DNA of 64,000 bases from Balanoglossus misakiensis. Lineage: Eukaryota; Animalia; Hemichordata. Of the stretch, positions 41,101-53,511 are shown in pieces. Under the pieces are notes generated by a model. The model was not told where the DNA came from. It made no database searches and was given only the letters and a program-made list of their open reading frames with translations. Both the position numbers and the translations under genes were made by a program. Numbering within the stretch: the stretch's first letter is position 1; each line of letters opens with the position of its first letter. The stretch is taken from NCBI GenBank assembly GCA_040954595.2, contig CM082596.2:8197124-8261123 (forward strand). The letters are read 5' to 3'.

Positions 41101-44100
41101 TATGATGCTTGTCCGGTGGTTTTACATTAACTGGACTATTATAGTGTATTTATGTTTATAAAGCTTAACTATTCAGAGGCAAAATATTGTTACCTTTTTC
41201 TGATTTAAACAGTCACGGATTTTCTTCATTTCACTGCCTGTAGAATCACGGCAATTCAACAGAAATTTGTCACTCACTATGTCTAAATTCTCTTGAAACA
41301 TAGTCTGTGCTTTTGTCAGAATTTCCTCCAGCATATGGTTTGCTGTGAATTATAAAGAGATGACAATATTAATTGCCAGATTACTCCATATGCAGAAACT
41401 AAGGCAAAAAAAGTTCTGCTGTGAACCTTAATCTCTCAATAGTGCATAAAACAGTCATTAACCCTTTCACCCCAGTTCCCTCCATCCATCCGTCCGTCCG
41501 TCATACATACATACATACATACATATTGGTACATACATGTACATATGAACTAGATTGTTAGATTTGCATATGAGCTGACCAACCTAGAGCCTCGTATTCA
41601 TTCTCCACCTCATCAGCTCGACTTGCAACCAGTATCACCACTGGTTTCTTGTATCCTTCACCTGGCTGATCGAATGAATACCTGTCCATGTGGGTTGTTC
41701 CTTTCAGAAACCGCAACCAAAACAAAATCTACAAATGAGAATATTTGTATAAATTATACAAATATTTTATTAATTTTGAGGCAAATTTATGAGATTATAA
41801 TTCAAGAAAAGTGTGATATTTTGACAATGATCAGTTTCTTCTGTCTTGGGGTATGGAAAGTGATAAATGATGCAATTCATATGGACTTCCAGTCTCATGC
41901 ATGTCTAGTAAATTTTTTGTGAAGATTCTTACCTGTGGGAACACACGTTCATAGCTGCTAAGTTGACCTTTCTCGTCTGTAGCTTTGAACACCAATATGG
42001 AGACAGCATTGGGTGCTCCCAGAAACATGTTATGAGTGACGTAATACTCAGCCTGGCCGGCAAAATCCCAAACACTGCACTTTCCTACGCCAGGAATATG
42101 AACACTTTGGACATCAATACCAGGTGTGGGAATGTGTCCACTGTGTTCAAATTCCATGGTTGTTTCTTCACTCTTTGATAAGGAAAAGTGAAAGAAAAAA
42201 ATTTCACTATATACAAACACAAAATGTCACAATTTCATCAACCATGCGTATGCTTTAATTATCCAAAGTTCACCTGTGGCATTCTGTCAGTAGTTTTCTA
42301 ATACATGTATGCACCATACATACAATGTGAATGTTACGGCTAAACTAAAACTTTTATGCAAATTAATCAATATCAACATACCCTCTGAAGTGACTTGAAT
42401 AGTGTAGTCTTACCAACTCCACCATCTCCAGCAAAGAACAACTTAAGAGTGTCGCATTCCTCACCTGATTCCTTCATCAGGTCACTGAACTCATTTCGTT
42501 TCTTTTTTAATAAAAAAAAAAAATCATGAAAATGCATTTATGCTATATTTGTGAGTTTGACACCACAGTGATCTCATCCATATGAATGAACACTTTTAAT
42601 CAATAAGAATTACCACATTTCAGGTTATATATTGATAAAATTCATGGTAATATGAAAATTACACTCACCCTAATGTAATCCAATAGCACATCCTTAGCAG
42701 TGCGATTTACAGCGACATCAAGCGGTGTCCTTCCGGTCTAAGTTTTATTAGGATAAAAAGTATTAAAACTGAATTATTATGTTGATGTTGATAAGATAAT
42801 AGTAGTATTAAATAATGTAACTGATAACATCAATGATTCAAAATGTATTAAATTCCAAAATAATGTTGAAGTCAATTCTATTTCATATTTTATGAAAAAA
42901 GAATGACAACATCATGTGACATCATGAACAAAATCTAAATGCACCCAATTGAATCTTTTACAATTGTCAGCAGATTTTGAATGAAACTATCAAGAAACTT
43001 ACATATTAACAAAATGAAAGTTGATCAGAAAACACGGTAGAGTGTCATGAAATGAAATATTTGAAAATGGAAAAATACCTGATTTTTGCAGTCAATATCA
43101 GCTCCATATTGTAACAGCAGTTTCACAACTTTTCCATAATCCCTGTAATTATATACTTCCCCCATTGCTGCCATATGAAGTGCTGTGTTGCCATCCTATA
43201 CAAAGAAACAAAAGCATAATCAGCGCACCAACAAAGTTACTGGAATCATTATCAGAGGTACAGAAAACTAGTCACAGAATGGTAGTACATGTCTGTTAAG
43301 GCAGTTTCCTTGTGAGTATGTAATTTCTTGCCAAAACTGTGGTGTTCAACTAACCTAAATATGTTCTCTGTTTGTTGAGAGATATATTTGAAGAATAACT
43401 AAAACAAAAACTAGCTGTCACTGTATCTTCTTTAAAATAAGGATCCATAGCATTATCAAACAAAGAAACATATTACATTGTAATGGATATTTCTTTCCAT
43501 TAACCTGTAGAAGTCATGGTATTTACCTTGTTTTGAATGTTAGCATCAGCTTTGTGTTCCAATAACAATCTGACACGGCCTTCATCACTATCCCTTGCTG
43601 CCTTGTGCAAAGGTGTGTTTCCATCCTGTAAGTAATGAAGGAGGAGCATGAGAATAATATGTCACAAAAATTGAAATGTAATATGAGGTTTCCTTAAACA
43701 AACAAACAAACAAATACATGTTTGTTTGTTGATTAGAATTAACCTATAGAAGTCAGGTTTGTATTTACCTTGTTTTGTATGTTAGCATCAGCTTTGTGTT
43801 CCAATAACAATTTGACATGGCCTTCACCGCCATCCCTTGCTGCAGAGTGCAAAGGTGTGTCTCCATCCTGTAAGTAATGAAGGAGGAGCATGAGAATAAT
43901 GTCACAAAAATTGAAATGTAATGTGAGATTTCCTTAAACAAACACACAAACAAATGTTTATATGTTGATTAGAATTAACCTGTAGAAGTCATGTTGGTAT
44001 TTACCTTGTTTTGTATGTTAGCATCAGCTTTGTGTTCCAATAACAATCTGAGACAGCCTTCATCACCAGACCTTGCTGCTGCATAGTGCAAAGGTGTGTC

Positions 44101-47100
44101 TCCATCCTGTAAGTAATGAAGGAGGAGCATGAGAACAATGTCACAATAATTGAAATGTAATGTGAGGTTTCCTTAAACAAACAAACAAACAAACAAACAA
44201 ACAAACAAATACATGTTTGTTTGTTGATTAGAATTAACCTATAGAAGTCAGGTTTGTATTTACCTTGTTTTGTATGTTAGCATCAGCTTTGTGTTCCAAT
44301 AACAATTTGACATGGCCTTCACCGCCATCCCTTGCTGCAGAGTGCAAAGGTGTGTCTCCATCCTGTAAGTAATGAAGGAGGAGCATGAGAATAATGTCAC
44401 AAAAATTGAAATGTAATGTGAGATTTCCTTAAACAAACACACAAACAAATGTTTATATGTTGATTAGAATTAACCTGTAGAAGTCATGTTGGTATTTACC
44501 TTGTTTTGTATGTTAGCATCAGCTTTGTGTTCCAATAACAATTTGACATGGCCTTCACCGCCATCCCTTGCTGCAGAGTGCAAAGGTGTGTCTCCATCCT
44601 GTAAGTAATGAAGGAGGAGCATGAGAATAATGTCACAAAAATTGAAATGTAATGTGAGATTTCCTTAAACAAACACACAAACAAATGTTTATATGTTGAT
44701 TAGAATTAACCTGTAGAAGTCATGTTGGTATTTACCTTGTTTTGTATGTTAGCATCAGCTTTGTGTTCCAATAACAATCTGAGACAGCCTTCATCACCAG
44801 ACCTTGCTGCTGCATAGTGCAAAGGTGTGTCTCCATCCTGTAAGTAATGAAGGAGGAGCATGAGAACAATGTCACAATAATTGAAATGTAATGTGAGGTT
44901 TCCTTAAACAAACAAACAAACAAACAAACAAACAAACAAATACATGTTTGTTTGTTGATTAGAATTAACCTATAGAAGTCAGGTTTGTATTTACCTTGTT
45001 TTGTATGTTAGCATCAGCTTTGTGTTCCAATAACAATTTGACATGGCCTTCACCGCCATCCCTTGCTGCAGAGTGCAAAGGTGTGTCTCCATCCTGTAAG
45101 TAATGAAGGAGGAGCATGAGAATAATGTCACAAAAATTGAAATGTAATGTGAGATTTCCTTAAACAAACACACAAACAAATGTTTATATGTTGATTAGAA
45201 TTAACCTGTAGAAGTCATGTTGGTATTTACCTTGTTTTGTATGTTAGCATCAGCTTTGTGTTCCAATAACAATCTGAGACAGCCTTCATCACCAGACCTT
45301 GCTGCTGCATAGTGCAAAGGTGTGTCTCCATCCTGTAAGTAATGAAGGAGGAGCATGAGAACAATGTCACAATAATTGAAATGTAATGTGAGGTTTCCTT
45401 AAACAAACAAACAAACAAACAAACAAACAAATACATGTCTGTTTGTTGATTAGAATTAACCTATAGAAGTCAGGTTTGTATTTACCTTGTTTTGTATGTT
45501 AGCATCAGCTTTGTGTTCCAATAACAATCTGACACGGTCTTCATGAACATACCTTGCTGAAATGTGCAAAGGTGTGTTTCCATCCTGTAAGTAATGAAGG
45601 AGGAGCATGAGAACAATGTCACAATAATTGAAATGTAATGTTGGGTTTCCTAAACAAACAAGCAAATGTTTATATTTCATAGAATTAACCTGTAGAAGTC
45701 AGGTTTGTATTTACCTTGTTTTGTATGTTAGCATCAGCTTTGTGTTCCAATAACAATCTGACACGGCCTCCATCACCATACCTTGCTGCTGCAAAGTGCA
45801 AAGGTGTGTTTCCATCCTGTAAGTAATGAAGGAGGAGCATGAGAACAATGTCACAATAATTGAAATGTAATGTGGGGTTTCCTTGAACAAACAAACAAAC
45901 AAACAAACAAACAATCAAATGTTTTTATGTTGATTAGAATTAACCTGTAGAAGTCATGTTGGTATTTACCTTGTTTTGTATGTTAGCATCAGCTTTGTGT
46001 TCCAATAACAATCTGACACGGCCTTCATCATCATCCCTTGCTGCTGCAGAGTGCAAAGGTGTGTCTCCATCCTGTAAGTAATGAAGGAGGAGCATGAGAA
46101 CAGTGTCACAAAAATTGAAATGCTACAGAGACTAGCCATTGACCAGTGAGCACAATGGGACCAATATAAAAGGCAAAATTTTGGGTTCACCTGTAACACC
46201 TGCTTAACTCATTAATTATGTGCATAACTAATTCCAGGCTAACTAATAGGGCCAGAGGTTTTGTTCCTGTTGGACATGGGCCAGTATAGGGTCAAAAATT
46301 TTGGGTGACCTCAGGTGACCGTTGACCTACCTTCCTATATCTCCGCATCCAGAGCAATTACAGACTTGGCGTTTGGAGGGTTGGGACTAAAATTGAAAAG
46401 CCATAGGTCACCTGTGACACCTGCTTACCTCATTAGTTATGTGCATACCTAATTCCAGGCTAACCAATAGGGCTAGAGGTTAGATTTTTGTTGAACATGG
46501 ACAATTATGGGGTCAAAATTTTTTGCTCAAATTTCGGATGACCTCAGGTGACTTTTGACCTACTTTCCTATATCTCGGCATCCACAGCTGTATACTTGGC
46601 GTTTGGAGGGTTGGGACTAACATGGACAAGCCAAATTTGGGGGCCACCTGTGACACCTGCTTATCTCATTAATTATGTGCATACCTAATTCCAGGCTAAC
46701 CAATATGGCTAAAGGTTACGTTCTTGTGGGACATGGACCAGTATGGGGTCAAAATTATCTCCCAAATTTCTGTTGACCACACATGACCTTTGACGTAAAT
46801 ATGACGTAAATGCAAAATACTACATAAATTAACAGTCTGCTGACTTTATATTTGGAAAGAATAAGCACACACCTGTAATGATTACCGCTATGTGCTATGT
46901 TCTATGTTGGCTTGGGCCCGCTATTGCTGCTTGGCAGCTATATTTGGAATTGTTATTTATATATGCAGAATATAATAAAACTCTTGTATCCGTAGTGGCC
47001 ATTCACCCAAAAGAAATGACTATTTGCACACTCTTTGCAGCAAGAGGAAACATTTGATTGTGTGCATGGTTTAAATGACACTCTAAAAAAGTAATGTTTA

Positions 47101-50100
47101 CATGACTGTCCATGAAAGATTCATCCAGAGTTTCCACTGTGGTCATGAAGTCAATCAACATGTGTAGCCGCTTTCATTACCCCTTTAAATGAAGTAATAA
47201 GTCAGTTCACGTACCTCATTCTTAGCATTGACGTCTGCACGATGACTTATCAACACCTTGACAGCATCCACTCCACCTTTCTCGCACGCTGCATGCAATG
47301 CCGTAGAATCACTCTGGAATGAAGGCGTTTAAAGTTGGAATAAAAATGATATCATCATTCAATTTGATACATTGCATGTGTGTCAACCATCTGATTAAAA
47401 TCAGATGTAGGGAACGGCGACATGGTTTTTTTATGCTGTCCTAAAAAAAATACGTCCCGTTCCCTACATCTGATTTTAATCAGATGGGTGTGTCAAGTTG
47501 AAGTGTTTGATCTTTTGTTGAAGAACTCAAAAAATGTCATCACTTTGAGCTTCAGTGCACAGCTCTTATTATAATATATGTACTTGAACCCGATGATCTT
47601 GGTAATTTTTTCTGAGGTTGAGTGGATAATTCACTGTACATGTATGAGAGAGATTATGATTGAACTGACAATTTACAGGTATTGAGACGGTTTCAGTAAG
47701 AAAGATGTCTTTTGCATGCGATATGCCATACTGCCATCAGATACAGTGTAATGTACTGATATGGCATGTCATTATCTGCTATGTCTTTCACCAAGCAATG
47801 ATGTTTGATTCATCCCATCATCATGCCTGTTATCAGCACAAGTATAACAGGGACCATCACAACAGGTTGGAACATCCATTAATTGTGACAGGGTGGGAGA
47901 CCAAAATTTGATAAGTAGCTTAATTTTCTATTTGACAAACTCAAACCATTCGCGTGTTACCGGTATTGCTAATTATATTACTATGGCCTGTGCGGCGCAT
48001 TTTAATTGGTCGAGATGAACGACGTCACTGACTGTGGCTAAATTTGTATATGTGACCGTATACCTTTAACAATACCCTCCCTTGTTGTCTCTCCCTCGTT
48101 GTCACCTTTTCGAACCACTTTTCTTACAAAAATACTTTGTCACCTTTTATGGAGTTGAAAAGAACGCAGGTGCATCGTCCTGCTCTCCAGGTGTAGTACG
48201 TCCGTAGAATAATGGAAGCCAATACCATAGTTATTCTACGCATGTTTCGTCTCTTGAAATGTATTAAAACTGCCCTTTTTAGTTGCTTTCATTTGATAAC
48301 TATGCGATCGTCAATAAATGGAAATTAAACCCCAAAACCGTGTACCAAAAAACGTGCAGGAAGGATTTAAAACGGTACGTTTATTATTATCAGCGGCAGT
48401 TAGAACAACTTCGTATAGGCCTTACGGTTTGTTCATAATCGTCGACATGCATGGCATCGTGGACATTGCAGGGTCTATGTCTGCACGCATCGACAAATAC
48501 AATACACGTAGAGCATTGCCTTTGAAAGAAACTTATCCCCGTCGATTTTCCGAATATGTTTTTAAAATCATGAACTTGACATTTCGCCATGTCAGATCCG
48601 CGCAAAATGTGTCTGTTTATTGGAAATGACACGTCGAATGTGTAAAGAGCGCTGCGCGTCGAAGTTGCTGACGTCACTGTAGTATTTTCAACTCGCGTCT
48701 TCTGCTTGCGCAGGAAGTGAAAGTGAATTAACCCATCGGAACGTTGCCGTTTTTGACACCCGGTTTGTACTTTGAAGCCCAAAATTGTGGGTGTCGTTCC
48801 ACTTTAACGTTTGTTTATGGGCGGGGGCTCGAGGAAAGCCAAAATTCATGGGCTCGGAAGCCTCACCCATAAATTTTTGGCTTTCCCCTCGCCCTTGCCC
48901 ATAAACACGGAACCGTGCCATAAACAAACGTTAATGGTCAGGGCGCTGTCCATTATTTCTATAATATTTTGAGTGAAACTGCTTTTGATGAGCTATAACA
49001 TGAAACAGTGGAAATCTAGAAGAGCATTGAGCTACTAGCAGTTAAAGCTTATTCTTTTTTTTAAAACAGCAGACTAACTTCTTTGTAAATTTCTACATCA
49101 CTTGATCGACACTAAAGTCATATGAAAACCTGTTGATGATACAAGACCTAGAGAGTGTAGTTGTATGATGGCTTCTCTTTGCCTTTTATATTGGTCAGGT
49201 GACTTTCAAGAGAAGGGCTTCAAGACTATCATGAATTTTACAAATGTATTTCCTATCACAATTACATAATGCTAAAATGGAAATTATAATTCTGATATTT
49301 AGAATTCAAATTCTTTGCTGTTTCATAAGTAGTTATCCATGTGTTATTTTTACGCGGGATGACTTCCGGTTGATATGAAACACTTACCCATGGCCAGCTA
49401 AGGTATCTACCCCTTGCATTGACATTATATCCATCAGCTATCAGCGACTGGATCTTTGCAACGTCACCACGCGCTGCAGCATTGATGAGAACCTGCAACA
49501 TTCAATTCGCAAAACTAGTCATGTTTTTAAATATTCTCAAAATGCAATCATAAAATAGCAAAAATATAATAGGAAAACATGGAAATCTTCATTTATGAAG
49601 ACAAACCGTGACACACTGTGGATAAAATGAAGACATCATATAGTGGGGAAACACTAGACTGTGTGATTATTTTTCAACAAGATAAAACAGAATCTCAAAA
49701 GAGCAGCATGCAAACTGAAACACAAAAACCTGTGGTGGCACTCCCAAGTAGAACTGGCATTGTTTGTTCAGCAAAATTTCAAGATAGCCCCTTTCTTGAC
49801 AAAAATACTCATTATTTTGTGAAATACATGTATAGTTAAAAATTAGACAAAAATGCACCCCCTAATGTACATAAACTCTCTTGGCAATAATATTTTTATT
49901 ACATGCCTCACCAGGTTGGTTTCATTGGATTGCCGTAACCTGGGCAACCAGTCAATATGACATTCACTGACATTCCACATTTTCGGAATTGCCTATTCAA
50001 ATCAATGCACTGATTTTGTACTCACATAGAGGCATGTATATAAAACACAAATAAATTAATTGCCAAGCAAATTAAGTTGCAGCCCTTTGATCTATGATAC

Positions 50101-50616
50101 CGCACTTTATTGATCTTTAAAGTGTTGAAGTTTATCGACAATCTGTCAATTTATAGTTTTCACAATGTGACACACTCTACAATTTCATGTTCACGCAAAA
50201 ATTGCATTGGTCAAATGCTTCAGTCCACTGGAATCATGAATAATCTCAAACATTATTCTGAAACACCAGTTACAATTAAATCAGTGTTTCATCTAGATGG
50301 GGGGATTCACCCCCTGTTGACATGTTGGCACCCCCTAGTAATTTGTCAAGGGGGGACCAGTGCCCCTTAAAATGACGTCATTCACATGTTAGAGATATTA
50401 TATTCCCCCATTGCCAGAGTGGAATCCCCCCAACAAATTCTGGCAAAGGGGGAATTACCCCCCCCCCCCCCCCCCCCCTGTTGATGCCATCCTGGATGAT
50501 ACACTGTTTAATGTTTTCATCTTGATCAAACAGACCATATTTTCACTGGTGCAAACAGCTGAATGCAACTTTCAAAGGTCACTTACATTTGGGCCTTCAT
50601 ATTCCTGGTAAGCCAT
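38160..50616 (-). CDS. Ankyrin repeat-Roc-COR-death domain ROCO protein (DAPK1-like layout without a kinase domain, ~1580 aa)
   Basis: Exons: 50616-50587 (putative first, MAYQEYEGPN); 49492-49388; 47313-47215; eleven ANK exons between 46071 and 43527; 43195-43079; 42737-42669; 42501-42382 (P-loop LFFAGDGGVGKTT); 42172-41933 (TPGID, WDFAGQAEYYVTH); 41728-41584 (ILVASRAD); 41342-41194; 40892-40713; 40535-38160 (COR: VVVLDPSWLC, GFFPRLQ, LWRNGI; then death-domain-like C-terminus). All phases are consistent. The first exon is uncertain. Confidence 0.88.
38672..39458 (-). repeat. Coding tandem repeat, 126-bp (42-aa) Ser/Thr/Gln/Asp-rich unit, ~6.2 copies
   Basis: The anchor cagctgtagtggtgtc recurs at 38675, 38801, 38927, 39053, 39179, 39305 and 39431 (period 126). 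Unit: GQDTTTAAEFPATFHDTQNVDSGLATMSPSSQQPDSSVQFQR. Confidence 0.95.
43500..46122 (-). repeat. Tandem array of 11 ankyrin exon+intron cassettes (~230-260 bp units)
   Basis: Exons 46071-45970, 45816-45715, 45584-45486, 45332-45231, 45093-44995, 44837-44736, 44598-44500, 44362-44264, 44106-44005, 43867-43769, 43625-43527. Each is 99 or 102 nt, flanked by ttacag|GAT and AAG|gtaaat. Introns are near-identical apart from an (AAAC)n tract. Confidence 0.95.
46123..46944 (+). mobile_element. 5'-truncated copy of the same HINE-like element in a ROCO intron, opposite orientation to the array
   Basis: Contains ~3 copies of the ~238-bp monomer (ctcattaattatgtgcatacctaattccaggctaaccaatagg) and ends in cttgggcccgctattgctgcttggcagctatatt. 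Confidence 0.8.
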
Positions 50617-51686
50617 GGTTTATGTCACTGACATTGCGTTGGAAGACATAACGTCATGCACTGGTCTTAAGTTGAGACCAACAACTGTTAGCCAACGATT
50701 ATAGTTCTATGGTGTCATCGGGCAAATCCTGTGATTTTGAAGACTGCATGTGTGGGTCTGTAAAAAGTCAATTAAAGTAACTATAAGGAACACTACTCTA
50801 TATCTAACACTATGCAAAGAAAAATTATAATCTAGTTGTCAAGATCATGATGTCACACAAATTTGTTCACAGAACTGTTTTCAATTTTGCAGGAACTCTG
50901 TGACGCAGATATACACATTTTGACAAAACAAATTGCACCAAATGTGGACTTTTAAACAAAATAGATGTCTACACTCACTGATGGTCAAGTAAAAAAATAC
51001 CTATGAAGGACACTATCCCACGCCTATTATTAACACATAATATTACATCAGCACCCACCCCTGGAGCCCTACTTATCAGAGAGGACAGGTACATATCCTG
51101 ATCGTACCATCGCCTCCTGGTATCATCCAAATGCGGTGACTTCAAAGTTAAGCAATTAAGGTAATGTTCCAACAAGTTGTTCTTTTGGACCAAAGCCACG
51201 AATGTGATTAATATCTGTGTTAAATGTCACAACGTAGCCACACTGCACCCAAAACTATTAAACTTAAAAGACGTCAGCTTGCATATTAACTCAAAAGTCA
51301 TTGCAAAACAACATTGTTGATAATTAAACAGTAACTGGCACAAAGTTACACTGAAGTAGGAGGGACCTGTTTAATAACTTTGAAGTTTTGTGTAGCTAGG
51401 ATTTTATCTGTGAGGTGGTACCACGAAGCGACGATCGCGGTACAGTCAGGGTATTGTCGCCAATTCAAGTGGAACATTTTGCTGCCACGCACAGAAAATA
51501 AAATACTGACTGGATTTCAAGTCAAGAACATCAAGGAAAATGAAACTACAAATTAATTACATGTAATGATTCTCTTTTCCATTATAAGGTTTGATATGGG
51601 CAAGTTTCCATTAAGGCTTGTTACTTACGGGAACGGACATTCTAAAATGTGACAACTACATGTATTGAGTTTCAGTGCCATGTATA

Positions 51687-51875
51687 CTGTAGAACAGGTT
51701 ATGTTAGCGAGCAATAAATTTTCGCGAAATACGCGAGAGCCAAAAGAACGTGAAAATAAAAAGTTGCATAATTTTTTTTCCAGCGATACCGATGCAGTGA
51801 AATACGAGAACACGAAAATTACTCCCCGCATAACAGTTGCCTCTTCTGAGATCGCAAAAATAACCTGTTTTACAG
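51687..51875. mobile_element. ~190-bp MITE (relative of the CTGTAAAAC family)
   Basis: TA|CTGTAGAACAGGTTAT...ATAACCTGTTTTACAG|TA, with internal similarity to 1211-1411. Confidence 0.7.
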
Positions 51876-52567
51876 TATATCGATTTGCATGCAAAGAAAC
51901 TTTAAATGTATTAATTGCGTGCATGTACAAGTAAAAATTAAATAAACTAGCACGAACCCTGTGCATACATTGTGTCGATCAATTGCATTTTCCATTCAAT
52001 TTTTGGGGGTTTCTGTTCTGTTTCATAATTCCTGCCATAAAGTACATTAAAAGCATTAGCAAAACTTTCCCTTGGCACTGAGTGATATTTCCATATGGCG
52101 GCTTAATTCCTGTTTCTCATGTTAACACAAGACAGCTGTTATAAAATGTACTCACCATAAAGTGTCTTGGTGGCAGACTTGGTACTTGCAAAAACGACTT
52201 CAAGTTGGAACTAACGTTTAGACACGAAGGCAGCAACTCTTATATTGGCTGATTCTTCAGATGGCTGTACTTATTGGTAGATCAAGAAAATCGTATGATA
52301 AGCACCAACCAATCAGTGGCCTCTTGGTATCACACAGATCTGGGGAATTAAGCAAAAAAATTTAGAAGCAATGTTTTTTTTGGACCAAAGCCACAGTTTT
52401 TGATAAATGCATATCCCTGCTACGTGCCCTTGGACCACATACCAATCAGGTGGTGTCCAAACTGATCAAAGCTCACGTGGACATGCCTAAAAGTCGTGCA
52501 AGAGACAAATGGGGATTAAAAGTCAACACAAGGTGAATGGAATTTCCCCAGACTGTGCTCCCTCCCT

Positions 52568-52644
52568 AGCCTGGCCCCAGACCAGTGTGTTTTAGATATA
52601 TAGAAATTCTATCTATCTAAAAACACACTGGTCTGGGGCCAGGC
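52568..52644. repeat. Near-perfect ~77-bp hairpin/palindrome
   Basis: AGCCTGGCCCCAGACCAGTGTGTTTTAGAT...ATCTAAAAACACACTGGTCTGGGGCCAGGCT. The right end recurs at ~52687-52700. Confidence 0.7.
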
Positions 52645-53511
52645 TGGCATACCCTCATCCCCCCAGAAATCAAAATGTCTGGTATGTCTGGGGCCAGGCT
52701 ACTCCCTCCCCCATGCCCCAGTAGATTCCATGGACAATCAGTTCATATTCTTTGCAACCAAAAACTTCTAAACTTTAAAATGCAGTTGTTTATCAGGCAA
52801 GACTGAAGATAGCACCTTTACATATTGACACAAATTTCCCAGAAAAGATTTGTATTTTTGGAAAGTTATTAAGAAAATTTAAAATTATATGGTCACTTAT
52901 GTAAATTTAGCCACAGTTATCATGGAAAGTGGAGAGACTTATAGCCAATCAATTTTCAGTGGGTGGCCATACAAAAAAATAGCTGCACCAGGTTTTTCAG
53001 AGAACTCAGACATGCTGTTTTAGCCATATCTATATAAGGCACATGTTAATTAGAGGTGACTGTATACCTTTATAATAAGGGGAGAACTATTTGATTTCTG
53101 GGGGGATGAGGGTATGTCAGCTATTTTTTGATACCCAATGTTATCGCAATTTTTTTCTATTGCCAGCCCTACTTTGTTTTTCTCAAGGCACTGCAGTAGA
53201 ATATTGTTCCGCCACCCCCCCCCCCCCAAATAAAAAATCCCCCCCAAAAATCAACTGGTCAACCCCTAACCTATAGCGCCACCAACGTTTATGTAGTCAC
53301 TCCTACATAAATGACTGTTCATCACGCAATTGGTGTAGTCTCGGTTACCCAGACCCCTCTGCTTCTTCCGTTGGGCACTCCAGAAAGAGTAAACATAAAA
53401 AAAACATGCTGAGAAGTGTTAGACCTGCTGAAACTGTCCACGAATTGAAAAGAGAGAGAGAGAACTTTGGCAAATAATTTTCTAATATCGTCATATCATA
53501 ATATCAAATGT

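Noticed and set aside
43765-46199. Repeated 62-77 aa ORFs (METHLCT...) as a tandem small-protein family, or the array as CRISPR-like
   Set aside because: These are off-frame readings of the ankyrin exon/intron units. The units are spliceosomal exons, there are no unique spacers or cas genes, and the DNA is eukaryotic.
49911-49940. Possible micro-exon (ccag|GTTACGG...CCTG|gtgag) in the ROCO 5' region
   Set aside because: It is not phase-compatible with the flanking phase-0 exons and has a stop in frame 0.
38160-50616. Naming the ROCO gene DAPK1
   Set aside because: No kinase or calmodulin-binding exons were found upstream in this window, so orthology is unsupported.
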